From the IMG/VR virus record IMGVR_UViG_3300046507_000426: a DNA stretch of 64,000 nucleotides. One strand, written 5' to 3'. A program made the position numbers and the translations under genes. The number at the start of each line of letters is the position of its first letter. Position 1 is the stretch's first letter. The DNA comes from a virus. Its lineage: Duplodnaviria; Heunggongvirae; Uroviricota; Caudoviricetes. Positions 63,685 through 64,000 of the stretch are shown piece by piece. Below the pieces are notes generated by a model. The model made no database searches and was not told the DNA's origin. It was given only the letters and a program-made list of their open reading frames with translations.

Positions 63685-64000
63685 AAAAAAACTGGACAAA
63701 CCCAAAAACCCGCAAAGCCTTACCCAGCTTGGCTTTCAGAGCTTCGTGTCCAATTTGTCCAAAAAATAAAATGAAACTGGACAGCCGCAAAGCCTTATCC
63801 AGCTTGGGTTTCAGAGGATTTGTCCAATTGTCCAGAAAAAATTTTCAACCATACCTCACTTTCTAATTGAGTAACACATCTTTTTACAAAACCCACAATA
63901 CCTCTCTTATATATAAATATATTTTTTAAAAAGTTCAAATATTATATATATATAAGACCCCCGGATTCTTAGACTCTAGGTGTAAACCCTATGTTTTTAT
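63685..64000. repeat. Copy B of the 316+ bp direct repeat (iterons plus AT-rich core), truncated by window end
   Basis: About 96% identical to 6308-6626 by direct alignment. Confidence 0.85.

Noticed and set aside
6308-64000. Interpretation of the 316-bp repeat pair as genome terminal redundancy (DTR)
   Set aside because: Sequences flanking the two copies on the upstream side are unrelated (different genes), so within this window it behaves as a dispersed repeat; cannot exclude that a DTR begins here because the window ends inside copy B

Overview
This window looks like the early/middle region of a large virulent, tRNA-rich phage (about 45% GC). Gene content and organisation resemble T5-like and other large lytic phages. 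Nearly all genes are on the minus strand; the only clear plus-strand genes are a 5'-partial pectate-lyase-like tail fibre at the left end and one HNH endonuclease inside the tRNA cluster.

Confident calls:
- Nucleotide and DNA metabolism: class I ribonucleotide reductase NrdA/NrdB, a family-A DNA polymerase split into two ORFs by a free-standing HNH endonuclease gene, RNase H, a RuvC-like resolvase, a 5'(3')-deoxyribonucleotidase, a DHH/DHHA1 phosphoesterase, and NadV plus NadM-Nudix for NAD+ salvage.
- At least 20 minus-strand tRNA genes, mostly in one cluster at 41.1-44.6 kb, with five HNH-family homing endonucleases scattered through the region.
- Rho-independent terminators and a recurrent extended -10 promoter motif, TTGGTATAAG on the minus strand, present at 17 or more sites.

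The most interesting content is a dense set of RNA-repair and translation-rescue functions:
- A bacterial-type Pnkp-Hen1 RNA repair cassette.
- A Thg1-like 3'-5' tRNA 5'-end repair polymerase.
- A Ro60/Rsr (TROVE plus vWA) orthologue next to about 1.7 kb of non-coding sequence carrying repeated tRNA-like modules, which I read as candidate Y-RNA-like RNAs.
- Two PTH2 peptidyl-tRNA hydrolases.
- A release-factor GGQ-domain protein with a non-canonical C-terminus.
- An S4/Hsp15-like RNA-binding protein and a GatB/YqeY-domain protein.
- A putative amber-suppressor tRNA (anticodon CUA), several structurally aberrant tRNAs, and a Pol-beta-like nucleotidyltransferase.

Other unusual features:
- A tandem array of six diversified paralogous small genes with conserved ends and a variable core.
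- A 316+ bp near-identical direct repeat about 57 kb apart (6308-6626 and 63685-64000). It carries arrays of TGGACAA/TTGTCCA iterons and a 14-bp inverted repeat flanking an AT-rich core. It sits just upstream of a promoter in both copies and may be an origin or regulatory element.
- A Met-rich repeat protein and a His-rich secreted protein.

All calls come from reading the sequence and ORF translations by motif. No database searches were possible.
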